Source: Myxococcales bacterium (GTDB lineage Bacteria; Myxococcota; Myxococcia; Myxococcales; 40CM-4-68-19). From it: a stretch of DNA of 64,000 nucleotides. Location of the stretch: the NCBI GenBank assembly GCA_035261845.1, contig DATFTN010000159.1, positions 192 to 64,191 on the forward strand, given 5' to 3'. The notes beneath the pieces are model-generated. The model was not told the DNA's origin and did no database searches. It was given only the letters and a program-made list of their open reading frames with translations. Below, in pieces: positions 43,579-56,521 of the stretch (position 1 is its first letter; every line of letters begins with the position of its first letter). The position numbers and the translations under genes were made by a program.

Positions 43579-44520
43579 TCAGAGCTTCTCGTCGATCTGT
43601 GCGGTCTTGCGGAGGGTGGCGAGGTAGTTCTCCCGCTCCTTGAAGACGGAGTCGTTGGCCAGACGGCTGCGGATCTCCTCCTTGATCTCCGCCAGCGGCT
43701 TGGGCGGGATGACGCGCCGGTCCTCGACCAGGACGATGTGGTACCCGGAGTTGGTGCGGATCACCTGGCTCACCTCGCCGGGATTGAGGGAGAACGCCGC
43801 CTGCTCGATGGCCGGGAGCATCAGACCGTGCCGGAAGTAGCCGAGGTCGCCGCCCTGCTTGGCCGTGGGTCCTTCGGACATCTCGCGCGCCACCAGCGCG
43901 AAAGTCTCGCCCGCCTTCACCCTGCGCAGCGCCTGCTCTGCCTTCGCCAGCGCCGCGGCCTGCTGCGCCGGAGTCGCGTTCTGCGGCACGGGCACGAAGA
44001 TGTGGCGCGCGCGCACCTCGTGCTGCGCGTTGTGCTCCTCGGTCGCGTAGGCGGCCTGCACTTCCTCGTCGGTTACCTTGCGCGGCTTGACCTTGAAACG
44101 CAGCACTTCCGCCATCATCGTCTGCCGCCGGACGGCATCTCGCGCGGCTTCCCAGGGGACTCCCTGCTGCTCGAGCGCCTGGCGGAAGTCGGCCAGCTCC
44201 ATCCCCTGCTGCCGGGCGAGCTGGTCGAGGGCGCGCTGCAACTCCTCCTCGGTGATCGAGAGGCCCAGGGTGGTCGCCTCCGACTCGATGAGCTTCTCGT
44301 CGACCAGCTCGGTCAGGCCGCGGTGGAGCAGGCTCGAACGCTCCTTGTCGCGCTGCAGCCCCGCAGGCTGTTGCATCAGCCGGGCCAGCTCCGGTCCTAC
44401 GCGCTCCTCGACGTCGGAGAGCAGGATGGGCTGTCCATTCACGATCGCCGCGATGCGCTCCTTGACCTCCGCGCGGGCGGCGGCGGCGCAGAGGAGCACG
44501 GAGAGGACCACTCGCTTCAT
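43579..44520 (-). CDS. SurA-like periplasmic chaperone / parvulin PPIase
   Basis: ATG at 44520. Signal peptide, SurA_N-like helical region, and parvulin core RARHIF...GGDLGYF...SGYHIV. Confidence 0.85.
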   Translation of the reverse strand: MKRVVLSVLLCAAAARAEVKERIAAIVNGQPILLSDVEERVGPELARLMQQPAGLQRDKERSSLLHRGLTELVDEKLIESEATTLGLSITEEELQRALDQLARQQGMELADFRQALEQQGVPWEAARDAVRRQTMMAEVLRFKVKPRKVTDEEVQAAYATEEHNAQHEVRARHIFVPVPQNATPAQQAAALAKAEQALRRVKAGETFALVAREMSEGPTAKQGGDLGYFRHGLMLPAIEQAAFSLNPGEVSQVIRTNSGYHIVLVEDRRVIPPKPLAEIKEEIRSRLANDSVFKERENYLATLRKTAQIDEKL

Positions 44521-44531
44521 CGAAGCCGACT

Positions 44532-45509
44532 CTATCTCAGGAGCGAGAAGGCTGCCTCGTCGATTTCCACCTTGGCGCTCTTGCGCACCTGCTCCAGGAG
44601 TTGCCGCTCCGCCTGGGCCTGCTTCTCGGCGAAGGCGCGCCGCGCGACCTCTTCCTTGACTTCTTCCAGCTTGCGCTGCCGGGGCCCGCGGCGCCCCAAG
44701 AGCTTGAAGAGGTGGTACCCGTAGCTCGTCTGCACCACGCCCGAGACCTGGCCGGGCTTGAGCGCGAAGCACGCGTCGTCGAACGGCTTGGGCATGGTGC
44801 CCCGCGCGAACCAGCCCAGGTCGCCTCCGCGCTGCGCGTCGGGCGAACGGCCGTGGGATCGGGCCAGCTGCTCGAAGGGCGCGCCGGCCCGGATCTGGTC
44901 GAGCAGGCTCTTCGCCTCCTCCGCCGTGGCCACCAGGATCTGCTGCGCGTGCACCTCTTCCTTCACGTCCAGCTCCGATCGGTGCTGGTCGAACCAGGCG
45001 CGCACCTCGGCCGGAGATGGCCTCTCTCCACGGGTCTGCTCCGCCACCCACTTCTCCGCCAGGAGGCGCTCGCGCATGTCGTCGGCGAACTGCTCGGCCG
45101 TCTGGCCGTCCTGGGCGAGGCGGTCCGCGAAGGTTTCGCCCGAGGCGCGCGCCGTCTCGGCCAGCGCGTCCATGGCGGACTGCACCTCCGCGTCGGTGAC
45201 CACGACCCCGGCGAGCTTCGCCCGCTGCACCAGCAGGACGCGGTCGATCAGGGGGTCGAGCAGCGCCCGGGCCAGGCGGGGCAGGTCCTTGGACTCGATC
45301 TTCGACGGGGTGGGGAAGCCGTCGACCACTTGAGACCCGGCACCGCGTCTCGCCCGGTCCAGCTCGCGTTGCAGGGCGGAGACCGGGATCGGGACCCCGT
45401 CCACCACCGCGACGGCTGGCGCTGGCGCAGCAGGGGGCGCTTTCTTGCGTGCGCACGCGCAGAGCAGCAGCGCGGCCGCCGCCCAGCAAAAGGCCACCCC
45501 CACCCGCAT
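44532..45509 (-). CDS. parvulin-type PPIase lipoprotein (PrsA/SurA-like)
   Basis: ATG at 45509 shares one base with the upstream stop (TGATG). Lipobox ALLLCACA. Parvulin core HAQQILV...GGDLGWF...YGYHLF. Confidence 0.85.
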   Translation of the reverse strand: MRVGVAFCWAAAALLLCACARKKAPPAAPAPAVAVVDGVPIPVSALQRELDRARRGAGSQVVDGFPTPSKIESKDLPRLARALLDPLIDRVLLVQRAKLAGVVVTDAEVQSAMDALAETARASGETFADRLAQDGQTAEQFADDMRERLLAEKWVAEQTRGERPSPAEVRAWFDQHRSELDVKEEVHAQQILVATAEEAKSLLDQIRAGAPFEQLARSHGRSPDAQRGGDLGWFARGTMPKPFDDACFALKPGQVSGVVQTSYGYHLFKLLGRRGPRQRKLEEVKEEVARRAFAEKQAQAERQLLEQVRKSAKVEIDEAAFSLLR

Positions 45510-46480
45510 CAGTTCCCGCCGATCTTCGCGGAAGCGGGAGGCGGCGTCTGCGGAGAAGCGACCGGCACGGGCGCCGCCACTTCGGTCTCCACCTTGGCGA
45601 GCTCCGCCTCGTCGATCGTGACTTTGCCGCCGTCCCTCAGCTTCTTGACGAAGTCGTCGTACTGCCGGCTGCGCCGCTCGCGCGCCATCCGGCCGCGCAC
45701 CGTCTCCTTCGACTCCTCGAAGGTCCGGTTGAGGGCGACCGTCTTGACCTGCAGCTTGACCAGCTCGATCCCGGCCGGCGTCTCCAGCGGACCGGCGACC
45801 TCGCCCGGGTTCTTCAGGCCGAAGGCGGCGTCCGCGAGCGCGGCGCCGTGCGACTTGGCCAGCTCCTCCTTGCTGAGGAAGCGCAGGTCCCCGCCCATCG
45901 GAGCGGAGAGGAGATCCTTGCTCTCCTTGATCGCGGTCGCCTGGAAGGCGTTCACCTCGCCCTTCTTCTCGCGCGCCTGGATGTCCTTGAGCAGCGCCGC
46001 GGCCCTGGCCTTCGCCTGCGCCTTCTCCTTGGGCTCCTTGGCGGGGAGGAAGATGTGGTACACGCGCGCGCGCTCGGGCTTCACATAGTCGTCGACGTGG
46101 GCGTCGTAGAAGGCCTTCAGCTCGGTCTCCGGGATGTCCGAGCCGCTCATCTTCTCGTCGAGCTGCCGCTTGATCAGCTCCTGGATCATCGCCCGCTTGG
46201 TCGCGTCGCGCACCGCGGGCGACTTGTCGAGGCCTTCGCGCTGCGCCTCCTGCGCCAACAGCTCGTTGCGGATGAGCGCCTCGAGCAGCTCCTTCTTGCG
46301 CTCGACCGTGCTGTACCGGGCCCTGAGGAACGGGCTCTGCTCGTCGATGCGCCGCTTGAACTCCTCGGCGGTGATCACGTCGTCGCCGACGTGGGCCACG
46401 ACCGGCCCGGAAGCGCCCTTCTTGCACGCGATAGGCGCAAGCGCGCAGACGGCAAAGAGGAATGCGTGCCTGGTGTTCAT
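45509..46480 (-). CDS. PPIC/SurA-like chaperone lipoprotein (degenerate parvulin domain)
   Basis: ATG at 46480 (MNTRHAFLFAVCALAPIACKKG). Contains RVYHIFL...GGDLRFL. Confidence 0.8.
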   Translation of the reverse strand: MNTRHAFLFAVCALAPIACKKGASGPVVAHVGDDVITAEEFKRRIDEQSPFLRARYSTVERKKELLEALIRNELLAQEAQREGLDKSPAVRDATKRAMIQELIKRQLDEKMSGSDIPETELKAFYDAHVDDYVKPERARVYHIFLPAKEPKEKAQAKARAAALLKDIQAREKKGEVNAFQATAIKESKDLLSAPMGGDLRFLSKEELAKSHGAALADAAFGLKNPGEVAGPLETPAGIELVKLQVKTVALNRTFEESKETVRGRMARERRSRQYDDFVKKLRDGGKVTIDEAELAKVETEVAAPVPVASPQTPPPASAKIGGN

Positions 46481-46550
46481 GCGGACGATCCTTTGCTCGA
46501 GAGAGGGGCGAGATACCACCTCTCAACAGTCGACGGGAAGGGGCTAATCC

Positions 46551-50147
<3,597 letters not shown>

Positions 50148-50217
50148 CGGAGAAGGCGTGGAGTAGGGCCCGGTGCCCGTCAAGTCAAGCCGAGCCGGCT
50201 CGAGCCAGCCGGGACCG

Positions 50218-50805
50218 TCACTCGCCGGCCAGAGCAAGCCACGCGGCTGCCGCGCAATCCTTCTGATCCTTCCCCCAGGGAGCGCCGAGGCCGCGTCCCA
50301 GGTCGGCGAGGGTGCGCGGCAGGTCCGCTTCCGCGATCTCGAGTGCCCGGGCAACGAGCGCAGGGAGCTTTCGCGACGGCACCGCGGTGACCTTCAGCCC
50401 TGCCTCCTGGCTGGCGGCAGCGAGGGCGCCGCGGAAGAGCTCGCCCTCGGCCGCGTGGACCAGGGCGTGCGAGCGCAAGATCGCCGCCAGATCCGACGGG
50501 ACCCGCGAGTTCGCTCCGACGATGCCCGCGGCGACCATGCGCAGCTGCACCGATTCGAGCAATGCGCGCAATCCCTCGCGCGCCTTGCGGCGGGAGAGGT
50601 CCTCCGCCCCCTGGATCAGCTTCCCGGCCGCCGGCAGATCCATCTCGGCGGCTCGGTGGAACACGTGCGGGTCCGGCTGATCCCACAGCTCGACACGCGA
50701 TCGGAAGACCACCCGCGGGCTTTTCGCCGTGCCCGAAAGCACCACCGCGGCTGCCCATCCGGTGTGGGTGGAGAATCCGACGGCCGCGCGCTCGGCCGGG
50801 GTCAT
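50218..50805 (-). CDS. hypothetical protein (195 aa) coupled to thiL
   Basis: ATGA overlap with the thiL stop at 50802-50805. No family recognised by eye. Confidence 0.55.
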   Translation of the reverse strand: MTPAERAAVGFSTHTGWAAAVVLSGTAKSPRVVFRSRVELWDQPDPHVFHRAAEMDLPAAGKLIQGAEDLSRRKAREGLRALLESVQLRMVAAGIVGANSRVPSDLAAILRSHALVHAAEGELFRGALAAASQEAGLKVTAVPSRKLPALVARALEIAEADLPRTLADLGRGLGAPWGKDQKDCAAAAWLALAGE

Positions 50806-51776
50806 GCGAGGTGGTCCCAGCCGAGCCGTGGCGGCAGCTTGCGCTCCCGGCCCCGTTCGAGCAGGCGAATGCCCCGGCCGCGGACGAAACGGCCCACCTG
50901 GGCGGCCTGGGTCCCCGTCCGGCGCAGCCGTGACAGGAGGCGGCCTGCGTTCGCGGGGCGTACGGCGAACACCAGCGCGTAATCCTCGCCTCCGGAGAGC
51001 GCCAGCTCGACGCTGGCCGCCCGGACCGCCGGGTCCACGGGCAGCGCCTCGACCTCGACTTCCGCTCCGCAGCGGCTGGCAGCGCAGACGTGGCCCAGGT
51101 CCCGCAGGAACCCGTCGCTCACGTCGACGGCGGCGGTGGCCAGGCCGCCCGCGGCCAGGCCGGCCGCGACCAGCGGCTCCGGCCGGAGCTGGGCGCGAAT
51201 AGTTCTTGCCGCGCGTCGCGAGGGCGGCTTCCTCGCCCCTCCGCGCAGGAGGCGCAGGCCCAGCGCCGCGCGTCCCAGCTCCCCGGCGACCACGATCGCG
51301 TCCCCGGGCCGCGCCCCGCCGCGCCCGCGCGGGCTGTCCGCCTCTCCCAGCGCGCTGACCGACACCGACCATGTCGCCGCCCGGGTGACGTTGCCTCCCA
51401 CCAGGGTGCAGCGGTGCCGCCGGGCCAGGCCGGCCATCCCGCGCGCCAGTCCTCGAGCGATGCGCGGCGCATCCCCCTCCGGGCGCACGCCCAGGGCGCA
51501 GAGGAACCAGCGCGGCCGCGCCGCCGCGGCGGCGAGATCGCTCAAGGCCGCCGCCAGCGCCTTGTGCCCCGCGTCCGCCGGGGCGAACCAGCGCCAGTCG
51601 AAGTGCACTCCTTCGACCAGCTCGTCCACCTTGAGGACCAGCTTCTTCCCGGCGGACGGGCGCACCACCGCGCAGTCGTCGCCGGGGCCGGAGAGGACGC
51701 CGGCACCGTCCGGGCGCGCATCGCGCCGCACTCCGAAAGGAGCAAGGAACGCGTCGATGAGACCCAGCTCATTCAC
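50802..51776 (-). CDS. thiL: thiamine-monophosphate kinase
   Basis: GTG start. GDDCAVV and PurM-like AIR-synthase-related motifs. Confidence 0.9.
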   Translation of the reverse strand: MNELGLIDAFLAPFGVRRDARPDGAGVLSGPGDDCAVVRPSAGKKLVLKVDELVEGVHFDWRWFAPADAGHKALAAALSDLAAAAARPRWFLCALGVRPEGDAPRIARGLARGMAGLARRHRCTLVGGNVTRAATWSVSVSALGEADSPRGRGGARPGDAIVVAGELGRAALGLRLLRGGARKPPSRRAARTIRAQLRPEPLVAAGLAAGGLATAAVDVSDGFLRDLGHVCAASRCGAEVEVEALPVDPAVRAASVELALSGGEDYALVFAVRPANAGRLLSRLRRTGTQAAQVGRFVRGRGIRLLERGRERKLPPRLGWDHLA

Positions 51777-51793
51777 AAGAGGACCAAATGCTT

Positions 51794-51868
51794 ACCGCGG
51801 AGGCGCGGAGAGCGCGGAGGATTTCGTTTTTTGACCCAAGAACTCCGCGACCTCCGCGCCTCCGCGGT
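51794..51868. repeat. nested GC-rich palindrome (17+7 bp stems) filling the histidine kinase-thiL spacer, related to the core of the 1484-1606 element
   Basis: ACCGCGGAGGCGCGGAG at 51794-51810 pairs with 51852-51868. Inner stem CGCGGAG/CTCCGCG. The loop contains TTTTTT. May act as a terminator after the histidine kinase gene. Confidence 0.5.
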
Positions 51869-51881
51869 GATCTCTTCGTCT

Positions 51882-53282
51882 CTAGGCGCCGCGGAGCGAC
51901 GACTCGAGCGGAGCGCCGGGCGGCTCGATCGGCACCACCAGGGTGAAGACGCTGCCCTTGCCCGGCTCGCTGCGCACCGAGATGCCGCCGCCGTGCGCCT
52001 CGACGTAGCTCTTCACGATGGAGAGGCCGAGCCCCGCGCCGCCGTACTCGCGCGATGCGGACGAGTCGGCCTGGAAGAAGGTGTCGAACACCTTGGACTG
52101 GAGCTCCTTCGGGATCCCGATCCCGTTGTCCTCCACCTGGATCTGGAAGTAGCCGGCCCCGCCGAACGGCCCCGCATTCTGCGGCGCTTGCTGCGCCGGG
52201 CCGGCGCGGACCGCGATGTGCCCGCCGGCGGGGGTGAACTTCACCGAGTTGGAGAGGAGGTTGATCACGCACTGCCGGATCTTGTCCGGGTCGACCTGCA
52301 CCTTCTGGATGCTGGGGGAGACCTCGGTGGAGACGGTCAGCTTCTTCTTGAAGCTCTGCGGCATCACCGACTCGACCGCCGCCTGCAGGATGTCGTTCAC
52401 GTCCACCACGTTGCGCTGCAGCTGCACCCCGCGGGCCTCGATCCGGGAGAGGTCCAGGATGGAGGAGATCAGCCGCAAGAGCGACTCGCCCTTGTCCAGG
52501 ATGGTCTTGAGGTAGTCCTTCTGCTCGTCGTTCAGCTCGCCGGCCAGCCCCGCCAGGAGCATCTCGCTGTAGCCGATCACGCTGGTCAAGGGCGTGCGCA
52601 GCTCGTGCGAGACGGTGGCGAGGAAGTTCGACTTGAGGCGGGAGAGCTCCTGGAGCCGGTCCAGCGCCTCGGAGAGCTTCTTGTTCTTCTCCTGCACCTC
52701 CCGGTAGCTCTCGGTCACGCTCTCGATGTGCAGCTGCGAGGTGATCAGGGCCTTGTGGGAGGTGAAGATCAGCACGTCGACCAGCCGGGCGAAATGGTCC
52801 AGCACCTTGCGCACCGTGCTCTCCGGAGCGCGGCGGATGCGGCCGATCAGATCGCGCGCCTTGGCCAGGTCGAACTCGCCCTCCAGCGCCTTCAGGTCCC
52901 CTCCCAGGTCGCCCACGTCCTCGGGAAGGAACGGTCCGAAGATGATGCGGCCCAGCATGTCCCCTTCGTAGAGGATCGGCAGCATCAGGTAGCGCAGCCC
53001 GGTGAAGCAGTTGCGCACGGCGATCTGCGGCTCCTCCAGCGGCCGCACCTTGATGTGCGTCACCGTCTCGGTGCACAGCCTGCGGCCGTTGGCGCCGGTG
53101 AACATGTAGGCGCAGAAATCGCCGCTGGCGATCTTGATGTCCACCAGCTTGGTGCCGTTCGAGTCGAAGACCTTGAGGCCGATCTTGTAGAGATCGACGA
53201 ACGTCTTGCACACCTGCGTGAACGTGGGCAGATCGAGCAGCTCGCCAAGGACGAGCTTCTTCTGGAGGATGCTTTCCGCCAC
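51882..53282 (-). CDS. sensor histidine kinase with N-terminal PocR-like sensory domain
   Basis: H-box SHELRTPL and the N/G1/G2 boxes (GGAGLGLSIV). The Cys-containing N-terminal ~170 aa resemble a PocR domain. No TM segments. Confidence 0.88.
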   Translation of the reverse strand: MAESILQKKLVLGELLDLPTFTQVCKTFVDLYKIGLKVFDSNGTKLVDIKIASGDFCAYMFTGANGRRLCTETVTHIKVRPLEEPQIAVRNCFTGLRYLMLPILYEGDMLGRIIFGPFLPEDVGDLGGDLKALEGEFDLAKARDLIGRIRRAPESTVRKVLDHFARLVDVLIFTSHKALITSQLHIESVTESYREVQEKNKKLSEALDRLQELSRLKSNFLATVSHELRTPLTSVIGYSEMLLAGLAGELNDEQKDYLKTILDKGESLLRLISSILDLSRIEARGVQLQRNVVDVNDILQAAVESVMPQSFKKKLTVSTEVSPSIQKVQVDPDKIRQCVINLLSNSVKFTPAGGHIAVRAGPAQQAPQNAGPFGGAGYFQIQVEDNGIGIPKELQSKVFDTFFQADSSASREYGGAGLGLSIVKSYVEAHGGGISVRSEPGKGSVFTLVVPIEPPGAPLESSLRGA

Positions 53283-53288
53283 CGTGGT

Positions 53289-54080
53289 CTACGCTCCGCC
53301 GGCCTTCGACGAAGGGCCCCGCGAACCGGGGTCCCCTCCTTCTCCGGAACCGTTGCCGCCGCGGCTCTTCTTCCGGCCGCCGCCCCCCTTCCCTCCGCCG
53401 CGCGGCGGCAAGACGTCCTCGATGCGCGGCGGATCGACCAGGCAGCGCCGCACCTCCTCGATGAACGCCCGCCGGTCGAGCCCGATCTTGTCCTTGAGCA
53501 GGTACGTCTTGTCGATCGCCTCGAAGGTCAGGTCGACCAGGGCGAGGAACGTCTCCACCACTCCTTCGCCGCGCACCGCCACCGCCTCGAAGACGGGCTG
53601 CTTGTCCTCCTCGCGCATCTTCGCCACCGATTCGGCGGTGGTGGCGTCGCCCAGGTCCTTCTTGTTCCACTGGACCACGCAGGGCAAGGAATCGATGGAG
53701 AGCCCGTTCGACTTTAGATTTTCCACCATGTTCATCCAGTACTTGTAGTTCTCCTGCCGCTTGGCGGGCTGGCTGTCGGCCACGAAGGCGATCGCGTCCG
53801 CGCCCTGGAGGACGATGCGGCGGGTGGAGTTGTGCATCACCTGGCCCGGCACCGTGAACAGCTTGAGCTTCACCTTCAGGTTGCCGCTCTTGAACACGAG
53901 CGGCAGCGTGTCGAAGAACAAGGTCCGGTCGTCGGCCGTATCCAACGTCATGAGGTGGCCGCGCAGCGCCGGCTGGATCCGCTGGTAGAGCGCGCGCAGG
54001 TTGGTCGTCTTCCCCGAAAGACCGGGGCCGTAATAGACGATCTTGAGCGTGAGCTCGCGCTGGGCCGTGTTGAACTGCAC
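53289..54080 (-). CDS. MglA-family Ras-like GTPase with Gly/Arg/Lys-rich C-terminal extension
   Basis: KIVYYGPGLSGKTTNL P-loop, TVPGQV in place of DxxGQ (an MglA hallmark), and NKKD. About 70 aa of low-complexity tail. Confidence 0.85.
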   Translation of the reverse strand: MQFNTAQRELTLKIVYYGPGLSGKTTNLRALYQRIQPALRGHLMTLDTADDRTLFFDTLPLVFKSGNLKVKLKLFTVPGQVMHNSTRRIVLQGADAIAFVADSQPAKRQENYKYWMNMVENLKSNGLSIDSLPCVVQWNKKDLGDATTAESVAKMREEDKQPVFEAVAVRGEGVVETFLALVDLTFEAIDKTYLLKDKIGLDRRAFIEEVRRCLVDPPRIEDVLPPRGGGKGGGGRKKSRGGNGSGEGGDPGSRGPSSKAGGA

Positions 54081-54093
54081 TTATCTCCTCACC

Positions 54094-56511
54094 TCATGCC
54101 TTCGCGACCGGCGGCTGCCGGCCTGGTTGCGGCGCGCCACCCGACAGGGCGTGGCCGAACAGCTCGTCCAGGGTGCTCACCGTGACCACCTGCATGCGGC
54201 GGCGCAGCGGCCGCGGCAGCTCCAGCAGGTCCCGACGGTTCGCCTCCGGGATGCAGACGATTTTCACCCCCGCGCGTGCAGCCGCCAACAGTTTCTCTCG
54301 AAGACCGCCCACCGCCAAGACTCTGCCTCGCAGCGTCACCTCCCCGGTCATGGCGACCTCCGCCCTACATGGTCGCCTGCACAAGAGGGACAAGAGCGCG
54401 CACGCCATGGTGGCTCCGGCGCTCGGCCCGTCCTTTGGGACCGCTCCGGCCGGCACGTGCAGGTGCAGCTCGTGCGTTTCGAACCAGTCCGCGGGTATGC
54501 CGAAGTCGGACGCGCGGCTCCGGAGGTAGGACAACGCCGCCTGGGCGGACTCCTGCATCACGCTGCCCATCTGCCCGGTGAGGATCAGGCCGCCGGCCCG
54601 GGGCCCGCGGCCGGCCATGGCTGCCACTTCGACCTTGAGGATCTCCCCGCCGTACGGCGTCCAGGCGAGGCCGGTCGCGCAACCGATCGTCTCCGGCTCC
54701 TGCTCGGCGAGGGAAACGAAGCGGGGCGCTCCGAGCAGGGCGTGCAGCTCCCGCACTCCGATGCGCGTCCTCGCCGGCCCTCCTTCGGCGACGCGCAGGG
54801 CGGTCTTCCGGCAGACCGAGGCCAGCTCGCGGGTCAGCTCCCGCAGCCCGGCCTCGCGCGTGTAGCCGCGGATGACGGCGAGCAGCGTGGCGCGCGGGAG
54901 CTCGAGCTGCTCCGGGCGGAGGCCGTGCTCGGCGATCAGGCGCGGAAGCAAGTGGCGCTCGGCGATGAGCGCCTTCTCCTCCTCGGAGTAGCCGGGGATC
55001 TCGATCGGCTCCATCCGATCGCGCAGCGCAGGCGGGATCGAGTCCAGCGCGTTCGCGGTGGCGATGAAGAGGACGCTGCTCAGGTCGAACTCGAGGTCGA
55101 GGTAGTGGTCGCGGAAGGCGTGGTTCTGCTCTGGATCGAGGACCTCCAGGAGCGCCGCGGACGGGTCGCCGCGGAAGTCGGCGCCGAGCTTGTCGATCTC
55201 GTCCAGCACGAAGACCGGGTTCAGCGTTCCGGCGTGCCTCATCCCCTGCAGGATCCTGCCCGGGAGCGCACCCACGTAGCTGCGCCGGTGGCCGCGGATC
55301 TCCGCTTCGTCCCGCACTCCGCCGAGGGAGACGCGGACCAGCTGGCGGCCCATGGCGCGCGCGATGCTCCGCGCCAACGAGGTCTTCCCCACTCCGGGCG
55401 GGCCGACGAAAAGCAGGATGGGACCGCGGCCGTCCGGCTTGAGCTTGCGCACTCCGAGCGCCTCCAGGATGCGCTGCTTCGCTTTGAGAAGGCCTTGGTG
55501 GTCCTCCTCCAGGGCCTGCCGCGCGCGAGACAAGTCGAGCGAGTCCGGGCTGCGCCTGGTCCAGGGCAGCTCGCAGATCGATTCCAGGTGGGCGCGCAAG
55601 ACGGCTGCCTCCGCCGACTCGAGCGACATAGCGGCCAGGCGGCGCAGCTCCTTGTCCGCCTCGTCCTGCGCCGCGCGGGGAAGCTGGGCCGCGTCGACCC
55701 GCCGCTTCAGCTCGGCGACCACCTCCGCCTTCTCGTCGCGCTCGCCCAGCTCGTGCTGGATCTGCCGCAGCTGCTCGCGCAGGTAGTACTCACGCTGCGT
55801 CTTGCTGATCTCCTCCTTCGCCTGGCTCTGGATGCGCGCCTGCATGGCCAGGAGCTGCGCTTCCTTCGACAGCCGCTCGTGGACGGCCTGCAGGCGCTGC
55901 AGGGGGTCCATCACTTCGAGCAATTCCTGGGCGTCCTGGATCTTGAGCGAGAGATTGGCGGCGACCAGGTCCGCCAGGCGCCCCGGGTCCTGCACGCCGC
56001 TGAAGAGGAGCAGCTGCTCCGGCGAGATCCCCTTCCCGGTGGCGATCAGCTTCTCCAGATGGCCCTTTACGCTGCGCACCAGCGCCTCGGCCTCCAGGCC
56101 CCGGTCGCCGACGGCCTCGAACGGCAGCTCGTGGATCTTCGCCACCCGCGCGCTGGTGCAGGGCTCGTCCGCCACCACCTCCTCCAGCGTGGCCTTGAGG
56201 AGGCCCTGGACCAGCACCTTCACCCGGCCGTCGGGCAGCTTCCGCTGGCGGACGATCTGGCAGATGGTGCCCATCCGGTACACGCCGTCGGGCGCCCGCG
56301 GAGCGTCCTCGTTCCCGTCGCGCTGCGCGACGGCGAACAGCAGCCGCTGCCCGCCTTTCAGGGCCTGCTCGACTGCGTTCAGCGAGACCTCGCGCGAAAC
56401 GAAGAGCGGCACCACCATGGCGGGGAACACCACCACGTCGCGCACCGGAAGCAGCGGCAGCACGTCCGGGATGTCGAGCTCGCGCTCGACGGTGTCTTCG
56501 CCCCCCGCCAT
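54094..56511 (-). CDS. lon: ATP-dependent Lon protease (LonA)
   Basis: Walker [11 protein letters not shown] and catalytic PKDGPSAG. 805 aa. Confidence 0.97.
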   Translation of the reverse strand: MAGGEDTVERELDIPDVLPLLPVRDVVVFPAMVVPLFVSREVSLNAVEQALKGGQRLLFAVAQRDGNEDAPRAPDGVYRMGTICQIVRQRKLPDGRVKVLVQGLLKATLEEVVADEPCTSARVAKIHELPFEAVGDRGLEAEALVRSVKGHLEKLIATGKGISPEQLLLFSGVQDPGRLADLVAANLSLKIQDAQELLEVMDPLQRLQAVHERLSKEAQLLAMQARIQSQAKEEISKTQREYYLREQLRQIQHELGERDEKAEVVAELKRRVDAAQLPRAAQDEADKELRRLAAMSLESAEAAVLRAHLESICELPWTRRSPDSLDLSRARQALEEDHQGLLKAKQRILEALGVRKLKPDGRGPILLFVGPPGVGKTSLARSIARAMGRQLVRVSLGGVRDEAEIRGHRRSYVGALPGRILQGMRHAGTLNPVFVLDEIDKLGADFRGDPSAALLEVLDPEQNHAFRDHYLDLEFDLSSVLFIATANALDSIPPALRDRMEPIEIPGYSEEEKALIAERHLLPRLIAEHGLRPEQLELPRATLLAVIRGYTREAGLRELTRELASVCRKTALRVAEGGPARTRIGVRELHALLGAPRFVSLAEQEPETIGCATGLAWTPYGGEILKVEVAAMAGRGPRAGGLILTGQMGSVMQESAQAALSYLRSRASDFGIPADWFETHELHLHVPAGAVPKDGPSAGATMACALLSLLCRRPCRAEVAMTGEVTLRGRVLAVGGLREKLLAAARAGVKIVCIPEANRRDLLELPRPLRRRMQVVTVSTLDELFGHALSGGAPQPGRQPPVAKA

Positions 56512-56521
56512 GGGGCCGACT

